Shown one piece after another: positions 56,803-64,000 of a stretch of 64,000 nt of DNA (its first letter is position 1; the number at the start of each line of letters is the position of its first letter). Under the pieces are notes generated by a model. It was not told the DNA's origin, searched no databases, and was given only the letters and a program-made list of their open reading frames with translations. The translations under genes were made by a program, and so were the position numbers. Source of the stretch: an uncultured Chloroflexia bacterium (lineage in GTDB: Bacteria > Chloroflexota > Limnocylindria > Limnocylindrales > CSP1-4); contig CAVRHM010000006.1 of NCBI GenBank assembly GCA_963721015.1, positions 846,484 through 910,483 of the forward strand. Reading direction: 5' to 3'.

Positions 56803-56904
56803 AGAATCTTCCAGGGCACGACCCGGACCGCCCTCCACCGTCCGGGTCTCGGGGACTGCGAACGCCGGCGTCTGGGGCGCCGGCGTTCGCGATTCCGCCG
56901 TCGG

Positions 56905-58521
56905 TCAGGGCACCGGGCCGTAGATCGAGATCCAGCGGCCGGGATGGGCCTCGAACCGATCGACGAGCGGGCCCCAGACCGCATCGCTTCCATCGTCCGG
57001 CGCGACCGCCGACTCCGCCGGCCCGCCACAGGGCGCCCCGATCGACTCGGCGAACAGGTCGTCGCAGAGCAGGACGAGCGCCGCGAATGCGTCCGAGGAC
57101 GCCCCCGGATCGGGCTGGCTGCCGGGTGCGACGCCATGCGGGGTCGCCGCCACGAGCGCTTGCCCGGCCCGGACGAGCGGGTAGGCGACGGCCTCGGTCG
57201 ACTTGAAGTCGGGCAGCGAGCGCAGCGCGACCACGTCCTCGCGGCCGACCCCGGCCTGATCGAGCGCCGCGATGACCCGGTCGCCGGCGATCTCGGCCGC
57301 CGGCCAGCCCCCGTCCGGGTGGACCGCCGGCGGCAACGTGGCGACGTTCCAGATGACCAGGGCCGCGAGGCCGACCGTGGCCGCGCCGGCGACCATCCTC
57401 GTCCCCCCGAGCGCGACCGCGAACCCGATCCCGACGAGCAGGAACACGAGCGGATCGGCGAACGCGTGATAGTGGTCGTTGGGCAGGCCGACGACGACGG
57501 TCGCCAGGCTCGGCGCGGCCACGGCCAGGAAGGCGGTCGTCCAGAGCAGGCCTAGCCCGAGCCAGCGGACCGCCCAGCCGACCTCATCGGCCCGCCGCCA
57601 GCACCAGCCGATGACCGCCACGACGAGGCCCGTGGCCAGGAGGGTCGGCAGGAAGGCCGTAGTGATGAGCCCGACGAGCGGCCAGCCGATGACCCGCAGG
57701 CCCACGATGACGAACCGGATGGGCAGGGCCGGTCCCTCACCGCCGCCTCCCGCGCCCAGGTAGGCGAGGGCCGCCTCGATCTCGGACCCGCCGGTGGTCA
57801 GCTCGTTGACCGCGAGCGGCAGGTAGGCGAGGACGAAGACGGCGATCACGCCGAGGAGCGTCCGGCCGAGGTCGCGTCGTCGCGCGTCGAGCACGAACGG
57901 CGCGCCGATGATCGGGAGGAGGGCCACGCCGAGGATGTGGCACTGCATGGTCACCGCGAGGCCGACGGCCGCCACGAGCCACCACGCGCGCCGGCCGCCG
58001 GACCACGCGCGCCGGCCGCCGGACCACGCCCGCCACGCGCCGGCCAGGGCCACGCTGCTCGACAGAGCGATGAGGTTCGGGTTCCAGATGAACGTCGATT
58101 CGTCGACGGCGGCGGTGGACACGGCCACGAGGAGCCCGGCGGCCAGGCCCGCGGCGGGACCGGCGATGTCCCGAGCGAGCCACCAGACGACCCCGACCGC
58201 GGCGATGCCGGCCAGGGCGATCAGGGCCACGATCGCGACTGGATCGTCGCCGCCGGTCAAGGCCGCGGCCGGGCTCAGGAGCAGGTAGTACCACGCGCCG
58301 TGGTGGACGCTGCCGATCGAGGTCGGCGGCCCGAGCAGCGGCACGACCCCGTCCTGGACGAGTGCCTGGAGGACGAGCATGTCGTGGCCCTGGTCCCCGT
58401 CCCAGGTGCCGCGGGTCGCGAGCGAGGGAAGGCGGAGCACGGCCGCCACGATGAGCAGGATGGGCAGGGCGACGCGGTCGATCCGGGTCACCCAGCGCGG
58501 CGCTGCGAGTGGCTCGCTCAT
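56905..58521 (-). CDS. Putative GT-C fold membrane glycosyltransferase (ArnT/PMT/GT39-like), 538 aa
   Basis: About 11 predicted TM segments, an N-terminal loop LRLPSLATRGTWDGDQGHDM, and a soluble C-terminal domain. The family call is by architecture only. Confidence 0.45.
   Translation of the reverse strand: MSEPLAAPRWVTRIDRVALPILLIVAAVLRLPSLATRGTWDGDQGHDMLVLQALVQDGVVPLLGPPTSIGSVHHGAWYYLLLSPAAALTGGDDPVAIVALIALAGIAAVGVVWWLARDIAGPAAGLAAGLLVAVSTAAVDESTFIWNPNLIALSSSVALAGAWRAWSGGRRAWSGGRRAWWLVAAVGLAVTMQCHILGVALLPIIGAPFVLDARRRDLGRTLLGVIAVFVLAYLPLAVNELTTGGSEIEAALAYLGAGGGGEGPALPIRFVIVGLRVIGWPLVGLITTAFLPTLLATGLVVAVIGWCWRRADEVGWAVRWLGLGLLWTTAFLAVAAPSLATVVVGLPNDHYHAFADPLVFLLVGIGFAVALGGTRMVAGAATVGLAALVIWNVATLPPAVHPDGGWPAAEIAGDRVIAALDQAGVGREDVVALRSLPDFKSTEAVAYPLVRAGQALVAATPHGVAPGSQPDPGASSDAFAALVLLCDDLFAESIGAPCGGPAESAVAPDDGSDAVWGPLVDRFEAHPGRWISIYGPVP
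57981..58029. repeat. Perfect 2 x 21-nt tandem duplication (accacgcgcgccggccgccgg) plus 7-nt partial third copy, inside the GT-C gene
   Basis: 57981-58001 equals 58002-58022. Encodes RAWSGGR RAWSGGR RAW on the minus strand, in frame. Confidence 0.9.
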
Positions 58522-59477
58522 GCGGGCGCCGTCCTGGCCCGCGCACTTCCGCGCAGGTCGAAGGCCTCCGGTGGCAGCGAGGGGAGGGGCTCGCCGGCCA
58601 GGAGGGCACGGACGCGCCCGACGTTGACCGCGTCGTAGCCCTCGTCCATGCCCGGCGTCTCGACGACGAACGCGGCATGGGCCAACGCCGGGTGGCGGAC
58701 CAGGTGGCCCAGGCCGTCGGCTCCGATCCGCCCGGCCCCGACGTGCTCATGGCGGTCCAGGCGCGACCCGCGTTCCGAGCGCGAGTCGTTGGCGTGGACC
58801 AGGGCCAGGCGGTCGAGGCCGATGCGGGCGTCGAAGTCGTCGAGGAACGCGTCGATGGCCGCCGGCGAGCCGATGTCGATTCCAGCGCCCCACGCGTGCG
58901 CCGTGTCCAGGCAGAAGCCGACCCGGGCGCGCGGCACGCCGCGGTCATGGATGGCGGCGGCGATGGCCGCCAGCTCGTCGACGTCGACGCCCAGCCCCCA
59001 GCCGCTGCCGGCCGAGTTCTCGAGGACGAGCCGGGCCGCATCCGGGCCGGGTGCGACCCGCTCCAGGGTGGCTGTCACGCCGTCCGCGACCCGCTCGACG
59101 CCTTCGTCGACGGACGTCCCGCGATGCGACCCGATGTGGACGTTGACGAGGCTGGCGCCGAACGTCGGGGCGACCTCGAGCTCGCTGGCCAGCAGGTCGA
59201 CCGATGCCGCGAAGAACGCCGGATCCGGTCCCGCCAGGTTGACGAGATAGGCCGCATGGAGGGCCACGGGCCGGATGTCGAAGGCCTCCAGCCGTTCCCG
59301 GAAGGCGACCAGCTCGGTCGGGGGCTCGGGGCGCCGGCGCCAGGCCGTCGGGTTGTCGGCGAAGACCTGGAGGCAATCGGCGCCGATCTCGTGGGCCCGG
59401 TCCGCGGCCCGGACCATGCCGGTCCCGAGGGGCAGGTGCGCGCCGACCCGGCGACCGTCTGGCTGCATCCGCGGCAT
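58518..59477 (-). CDS. nfo: Deoxyribonuclease IV (endonuclease IV, AP endonuclease family 2)
   Basis: IGAHLP..., FADNPTAW, VNVHIGSH, LENSAG, CLDTAHAWGAG, HANDS, DRHEHVGAG. Confidence 0.9.
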   Translation of the reverse strand: MPRMQPDGRRVGAHLPLGTGMVRAADRAHEIGADCLQVFADNPTAWRRRPEPPTELVAFRERLEAFDIRPVALHAAYLVNLAGPDPAFFAASVDLLASELEVAPTFGASLVNVHIGSHRGTSVDEGVERVADGVTATLERVAPGPDAARLVLENSAGSGWGLGVDVDELAAIAAAIHDRGVPRARVGFCLDTAHAWGAGIDIGSPAAIDAFLDDFDARIGLDRLALVHANDSRSERGSRLDRHEHVGAGRIGADGLGHLVRHPALAHAAFVVETPGMDEGYDAVNVGRVRALLAGEPLPSLPPEAFDLRGSARARTAPA

Positions 59478-59494
59478 CGTACGATGGCCGACCC

Positions 59495-59779
59495 ATGGAC
59501 GATGACCTGGTCGCGGACGAGGCGCTGACCGCCAAGACGATCCGCTCGTTCATCCGCGACGGTCGGCTGGTGTCCATCCCGGCCCGCGAGAAGCGCCGCC
59601 TGATCGTCTATCGCTACCTGCGCGACGAGGTCTTCACGGAGGATCGGCCGTACCCGGAAGCCGAGGTCAACCAGCGCCTGGCGCTGTGGCACCGGGACGT
59701 CGCGACGATCCGGCGCGGGATGGTCGACGCCGGGCTCGTCACCCGCGAGTCGGGCGAGTACCGGCGCGGGGCCGACTGA
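59495..59779 (+). CDS. DUF2087 domain protein
   Basis: IRSFIRDGRLVSIPAREKRRLIVYRYL...YPEAEVNQRLALWHRDVATIRRGMVDAGLV. Confidence 0.6.
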   Translation: MDDDLVADEALTAKTIRSFIRDGRLVSIPAREKRRLIVYRYLRDEVFTEDRPYPEAEVNQRLALWHRDVATIRRGMVDAGLVTRESGEYRRGAD

Positions 59780-59782
59780 CGG

Positions 59783-60379
59783 TCACTGGCGGCGACCGGC
59801 CGCCTTCGCCCGGCCGGTCGTGTACTCGCCGCCGACGACCGGCTCGATGAGCCCGTAGTCCCCATCCTCGCGGGCGTACAGGACGGCGATGTGCTCGGTC
59901 TCGGCATCGACGAACACGAAGAACCGGTGGCCCAGCTCCTCCATCGCCGCCATCGCGTCCTCCTCGAACATCGGCTCGATGGCGAACCGCTTGGTCTTGA
60001 CGATGCGGCGCTCGCGACCGGCCTCGGCGGTGCCGTCCGCGAGACGGCGGAGCAGGACCTTCTCCTCCATCGGGCGGGCGTGGATCCGCGGCTTGCGCTT
60101 GTGGTCGACCGTCTGGCGCTCGACCTTGTCGACGACCGTGTCGAGGGCCTGCTGGTAGCTGATCCCGACCGCCGAGCTGCGCAACACCTGGCCGTCGATG
60201 ACCAGCGTGATCTCGGCGGTGTGGGCGTCGGCGGCGCTCCGATGCTGCTCGTTCGAGAACTCGACGATCGCGTCGGTCCGGTCGTCCAGCAGCCGTTCGA
60301 GTCGATGGAGCTTGCGCTCGGCGTAGTCGCGGACCCGCTCGGGGACCTCGACATTCTTGCCCTTGACGATGGTCCGCAT
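59783..60379 (-). CDS. hpf: Ribosome hibernation promoting factor (long HPF)
   Basis: IVKGKNVEVPERVRDYAERKL...AEITL.... The C-terminal dimerisation domain is KRFAIEPMFEEDAMAAMEELGHRFFVFVDAETEHIAVLY. GGAGG SD upstream. Confidence 0.92.
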   Translation of the reverse strand: MRTIVKGKNVEVPERVRDYAERKLHRLERLLDDRTDAIVEFSNEQHRSAADAHTAEITLVIDGQVLRSSAVGISYQQALDTVVDKVERQTVDHKRKPRIHARPMEEKVLLRRLADGTAEAGRERRIVKTKRFAIEPMFEEDAMAAMEELGHRFFVFVDAETEHIAVLYAREDGDYGLIEPVVGGEYTTGRAKAAGRRQ

Positions 60380-60411
60380 GCGTCACCTCCGGGGCCGGGC
60401 GTCTCCGACCG

Positions 60412-60417
60412 AGTATA
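60412..60417 (-). promoter_or_regulatory. Candidate -10 box (gcCTATACT) for hpf in the comF-hpf spacer
   Basis: Third copy of the CTATACT box, 33 nt upstream of the hpf ATG. Confidence 0.35.
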
Positions 60418-60433
60418 GGCCGCCCCTCCAGCC

Positions 60434-61108
60434 TCAGCGCTCGCGTGCGACGGTGATCGCGGACACCGCCAGGGCGCCGGCGGCCTCCAGCGCCGTGGCG
60501 CAGGCGGCCAGCGTCGCTCCGGTCGTCAGGACGTCGTCGACGAGCACGATCCAGCGATCACGGACCGCCGGCTCGGCGTCCGGGCGGACGTGGAAGGCGC
60601 CGTCGACGTTCCGGGCGCGGTCAGCGCGGTCCAGGTCGAACTGGGCGATCGTCGCCCGGCGGCGCTCCAGGGCCGCGACATGCGGGAGCCGGAGTGCCCC
60701 GGCCGCGGCCCGCGCGATCAGCTCGGCCTGGTCGTAGCCGCGCCCCCGCCGGCGTGCAGCGTGGACCGGGACGTGGACGACGGTCGTCCCACCCGCGCCC
60801 GCGGCCGACCAGCGGCGGGCGACGGCCTCGCCGAGCGGACCCGCAAGGCGCTGCTCGCCGCCGTACTTGATGGCGTGGAGGGCATCCCGAACGACGCCGC
60901 GGAAGCCGGCGCACCACTCCAGCTGGAGGAGCGGCTCCGGGATGTCCCCGGGCAGCCCGATGGGGACGCCTGGCGGCAGGTCGAGGCGCGCATCGAGCGC
61001 GCGACCGCACGGCGCACACAGCAGAGGCCCGTCGACGCCGCAGCCGACGCAGGCTCCGGGAAAGGCGAGGTCGAGGACGCGGCCGGCGACCCCGGCAAGC
61101 GATGGCAT
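60434..61108 (-). CDS. comF: ComF-family phosphoribosyltransferase-domain protein
   Basis: N-terminal zinc motif CVGCG...CAPCG, HAIKYGGE, PRT motif IVLVDDVLTTGATL. Confidence 0.85.
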   Translation of the reverse strand: MPSLAGVAGRVLDLAFPGACVGCGVDGPLLCAPCGRALDARLDLPPGVPIGLPGDIPEPLLQLEWCAGFRGVVRDALHAIKYGGEQRLAGPLGEAVARRWSAAGAGGTTVVHVPVHAARRRGRGYDQAELIARAAAGALRLPHVAALERRRATIAQFDLDRADRARNVDGAFHVRPDAEPAVRDRWIVLVDDVLTTGATLAACATALEAAGALAVSAITVARER

Positions 61109-61232
61109 CGACGTATCGTGGCGCCGAACGCTTCGCTCCTCGTCATCAGCCAGGCAGGCGAACGCCCGCGGCCCAAGACCGCGGGCGTTCGGCGCTGGTC
61201 GCCGGATCAGCCGCCCATCGGGCGGCCTGGGA

Positions 61233-61985
61233 TCAGGCGGAGGCCTTGGTGGAGTCGATATAGCGCCGCAATGCCGACCAATCCTGGTTGGCCGCAAGCC
61301 GAGCCTGGCGCGACCAGGTCGCCGCGTTGTTGCCGGCGATGAGTGGCGTGCCGGCCTTGTTCAGCTGGGCCTCGATGGCGTCGGCGTCCATCGCGCCGAG
61401 CGCGGCGAACGTGGTCACGCCACCAGCGCGCAGCGAGTCGCAATAGGTCTGCCCGATGCCGTCGATGATCGTGAGATCGTCGCCCGCGGCCGCTTCCTGG
61501 GCCTCGACCTCGGGGACGGTGGCCTCGGCCTCGGCGAGCGCCTCGTCCGGCACGTCGACCGTCTCAGCGGCCCCACCGAGCTCAGCCAGCCGGGCGGAGA
61601 CGGCAGCGGCCTGCGGATCGTGCACGAGGATGCCGACCGCGGCCTTGCCGCCCTGCAGCTGCGCCGCGATCCGCTCGCGATCCGCATTGTTCAGCCCGAG
61701 GCCCTTGTGGTGGAAGGCCCCCAGGACGCCACCGCCGACGACGCCGGCCAGGAGCGTGGGGGGCGCGACGATGGCCAGGAGCAGGCCGATCCCGGCGCCC
61801 TTGCCGACGCTTCGCCGGCCGAGCTTGTGGGTCTTGATCTTGCCCTTGTCATCCAGGACGAGGACGCCGATCGCGTTGAGCTTGATGTCGTCGTCGGCCT
61901 TGTCCCAGTTCTTCATCTGCTCGACGGCATCGTCGGCCGCCTCTTCGTCCGGGAAATAGGCCAGGACGATGGTCTTGTCGGCCAT
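61233..61985 (-). CDS. DUF1269-like membrane protein fused to a C-terminal helix-hairpin-helix-like domain
   Basis: IVLAYFPDEEAADDAVEQMKNWD...IGVLVLDDKGKIK, Gly-rich TM, second half-repeat, then DDLTIIDGIGQTYCDSLRAGGVTTFAALG...TWSRQARLAANQDWSAL. AAGGGGAG SD upstream. Confidence 0.5.
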   Translation of the reverse strand: MADKTIVLAYFPDEEAADDAVEQMKNWDKADDDIKLNAIGVLVLDDKGKIKTHKLGRRSVGKGAGIGLLLAIVAPPTLLAGVVGGGVLGAFHHKGLGLNNADRERIAAQLQGGKAAVGILVHDPQAAAVSARLAELGGAAETVDVPDEALAEAEATVPEVEAQEAAAGDDLTIIDGIGQTYCDSLRAGGVTTFAALGAMDADAIEAQLNKAGTPLIAGNNAATWSRQARLAANQDWSALRRYIDSTKASA

Positions 61986-62103
61986 TCGCAGTCTCCCCTT
62001 GAGCGTGGCGCGCGGTTAGGCTCCCGCGGTCTGGATCCACCCTCGGACTGCTAAATGTACGCCTCAAGCGACTCGATGCGTCATCCGTTTCGCATGAGCG
62101 GGC

Positions 62104-62481
62104 TCAGTCGAGGCGGATGAGGTCCCCCGGCAGCGTGCCGCTGGCGGCGATCGTCCCGACCGGCAGCTCCAGGACCCCGTGCGCGCCGCGGACGAGCGGC
62201 ACGAGCCCGGTCCAAGCGCGCAGGTCGCGATGGACGGACACGACCGGGTGGAGGCCCGTGGCGTCCGCCCGCCCCACGAACACGGCGTCGATGGGGAAGC
62301 GCATGAACATCATGTGGATGCCATTCGACTCGGGCAGCCACATCCCGGCGCCGGGGCCGAGCGGCGGCCGGCCCATCAGCCCCTTGAACTTGGCCCACAA
62401 CGAACTCGCGACCTCCAGGGAGGCCGCGAGTCCGGTATCGCGGGTGACGTTGTGAGCCCGCAGCGCGTGGGACGCCGTCAC
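62104..62481 (-). CDS. DUF192 domain protein
   Basis: KFKGLMGR...GMWLPESNGIHMMFMRFPIDAVFV...GAHGVLELP. Confidence 0.75.
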   Translation of the reverse strand: MTASHALRAHNVTRDTGLAASLEVASSLWAKFKGLMGRPPLGPGAGMWLPESNGIHMMFMRFPIDAVFVGRADATGLHPVVSVHRDLRAWTGLVPLVRGAHGVLELPVGTIAASGTLPGDLIRLD

Positions 62482-62491
62482 GGACGAGCCG

Positions 62492-63431
62492 CTAGGTGCC
62501 GGTGCCCAGGTTCTGGACGATCAGGATGATCGCCGGGCCCAGGATGACGATGAACAGCGACGGGAAGATGCAGCCGACGAGCGGGAAGAGCATCTTGATC
62601 GGCGCCTTGGCCGCCTGCTCCTCCGCCCGCTGGCGGCGCTCGATGCGGAGTTGCTCGGACTGGACCTGGAGGACCTTCGAGATCGATACGCCGAGCTGCT
62701 CGGCCTGGATGATCGCGCCGATGAAGTTCGACAGCGGCAGGACCTCGGTGCGCGGGACGATGTCGCGCAGGGCATCGCGGCGAGCCTTGCCGACCCGGAC
62801 TTCAGCCAGGGCACGGCGGAACTCGTCCGACAACGGGCCCTTGAGCTTCTCGACGACCTTGCCCAGCGCCGCGTCGAAGCCGAGGCCGGCCCGGACCGAG
62901 ATGGTCAGCAGGTCGAGGGTGTCCGGGATCATCAAGAGGATGGCCTTCTGGCGCTTCTTGACCCGGCCACCGAGCCAGAACTCGGGGATCGTGTAGCCGA
63001 AGGCCACGCCGACCGCGACCATGACCAGCCCGATGATGAACGGGAACGACAGGATCGCCGAGGATCACGAACAGGACGAAGAACAGGATGCCGCCGACGA
63101 TGGCGCCGATGGCCTTGATGCCCAGCCAGTCGGACACGCGCAGGTCACCCGGGTTGCCGGCCAGTGCCAGACGCTTCTCGGTCCGTTCCGTGAACGACGA
63201 CGAGGCCATCCGCGACATCCGTCCGGAGAACCGCGCGGCGAGCGGCCGCATGGTCCGTTCGATGAACGGTGCCTGGAGCTCCAGCTCCTCGAGGTTCTTG
63301 GCCTGCATGGTGCCGAGCTGGGTCAGCCGCGCCTGGACGGGGTCCACGGACGAGCTGCTGGTCAGCCCCACGACGATGAGCAGGATGGCTCCCGCTGCGA
63401 GGGCGGCGACTAGGATCGCCATGACATCCAC
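62492..63431 (-). CDS. tadC: Tad/Flp pilus assembly membrane protein TadC (T2SS F family), frame broken by one extra base near 63056
   Basis: N-terminal MDVMAILVAALAAGAILLIV...IVGGILFFVLFVILG, then the next frame ILSFPFIIGLVMVAVGVAFGYTIPEFWL...PDTLDLLTISVRAGLGFDAAL. Confidence 0.8.
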
Positions 63432-63433
63432 GG

Positions 63434-64000
63434 CTAGACCTCGATGTCCACGATCTTGCGGATGAGCATGAAGCCGATGAACATCATGAATCCGCCGAAG
63501 ATCAGGATGACGACGCCGGCTGGCAGACCCAGCACGGCGGGGGGATTGGCGAACATGGGCTCCATGAACCCGGGCGCGGCCACGAACAGGAAGCCGGCCA
63601 GGGCGATCGGCAGGAACCCGACGACGTAGCCCGACAGGCGCTGCTGCGCCGTCAGCGTCCGGATCTCGCCCTTGATCCGGACCCGCTCGCGGATCGTGTA
63701 CGCGATCGAGTCGAGGATCTCGGCGAGGTTGCCGCCGACCTGGTGCTGGATGGCGATGGCCGTGGCCATCAGCTCGAGGTCATCGGAGCGGACGCGCCGG
63801 ACCATGTTCTCGAGCGCCTGCTCGAACGGCAGGCCGAGGTTGACCTCGCGGATGACCCGGGCGAACTCGGTCGAGATCGGCGGACGCGACTCGCGAACGA
63901 CGAGCTCGATGGCCTGCAGGAAGGACGAGCCGGCCCGCAGGGCGTTGGCGATGAGGGTGATCGTGTCCGGGAGCTGCTTGTTGAAGGCGTTCAGGCGGCC
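63434..64000 (-). CDS. tadB: Tad/Flp pilus assembly membrane protein TadB (T2SS F family); 5-prime part lies beyond the right edge
   Basis: ...LPDTITLIANALRAGSSFLQAIE...MATAIAIQHQVGGNLAEILD...LTAQQRLSGYVV. The frame stays open to position 64000. Confidence 0.8.
   Translation of the reverse strand, partial: GRLNAFNKQLPDTITLIANALRAGSSFLQAIELVVRESRPPISTEFARVIREVNLGLPFEQALENMVRRVRSDDLELMATAIAIQHQVGGNLAEILDSIAYTIRERVRIKGEIRTLTAQQRLSGYVVGFLPIALAGFLFVAAPGFMEPMFANPPAVLGLPAGVVILIFGGFMMFIGFMLIRKIVDIEV

Noticed and set aside
57981-58029. A CRISPR-like or minisatellite array.
   Set aside because: There are only two and a third directly abutting 21-nt copies with no spacers, lying in frame inside a coding region.

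Overview
High-GC (roughly 70%) bacterial chromosomal segment made almost entirely of core housekeeping genes. The synteny looks Actinomycetota-like; the exact taxon cannot be determined from the sequence alone. Minus-strand block (1-20.9 kb): ftsX-ftsE, a GNAT gene, prfB with its classical +1 programmed frameshift preceded by a small Cys-rich ORF, a YdcF-like gene, secA, a frameshifted STAND/AAA ATPase, then a tightly coupled parA-parB-gyrB-thioesterase-AlkD-like-gyrA-prs string. A canonical parS palindrome lies just upstream of parA. Plus-strand block: mreD-mrdA-rodA and ion-transport genes, then (31.9-56 kb) a long translationally coupled string. That string is rplU-rpmA-rpmE-DUF1385-prfA-GDE-prmC/HAD-tsaC-glyA-GT4 transferase-hypothetical-atpIBEFHAGDC-murA-mreB-PHP-flippase-like. 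The right end holds an XRE regulator, a GT-C membrane protein, nfo, hpf, comF, a DUF1269 protein, DUF192 and the start of a Tad pilus locus (tadC, tadB). I found no rRNA, tRNA, CRISPR array, transposase, integrase or recognisable defence or toxin system. The most striking feature is technical or evolutionary rather than a new system. About 23 frame-breaking single-base indels, about 20 of them insertions (mostly C or G where identified), are packed into 33.7-37.8 kb (DUF1385, prfA, GDE). Five more isolated ones hit gyrB, mrdA, mreB, tadC and the STAND gene. Because several hits are essential genes, I read these as assembly or sequencing errors. The better biological leads are the Cys-rich leader ORF of the prfB operon, a J-domain gene with only a CTG start, a possible PrmC-HAD fusion, an L21 with a long Ala/Lys tail, and a recurring CTATACT -10 box. 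Many long ORFs in the six-frame track are antisense or off-frame GC artefacts and are not reported.
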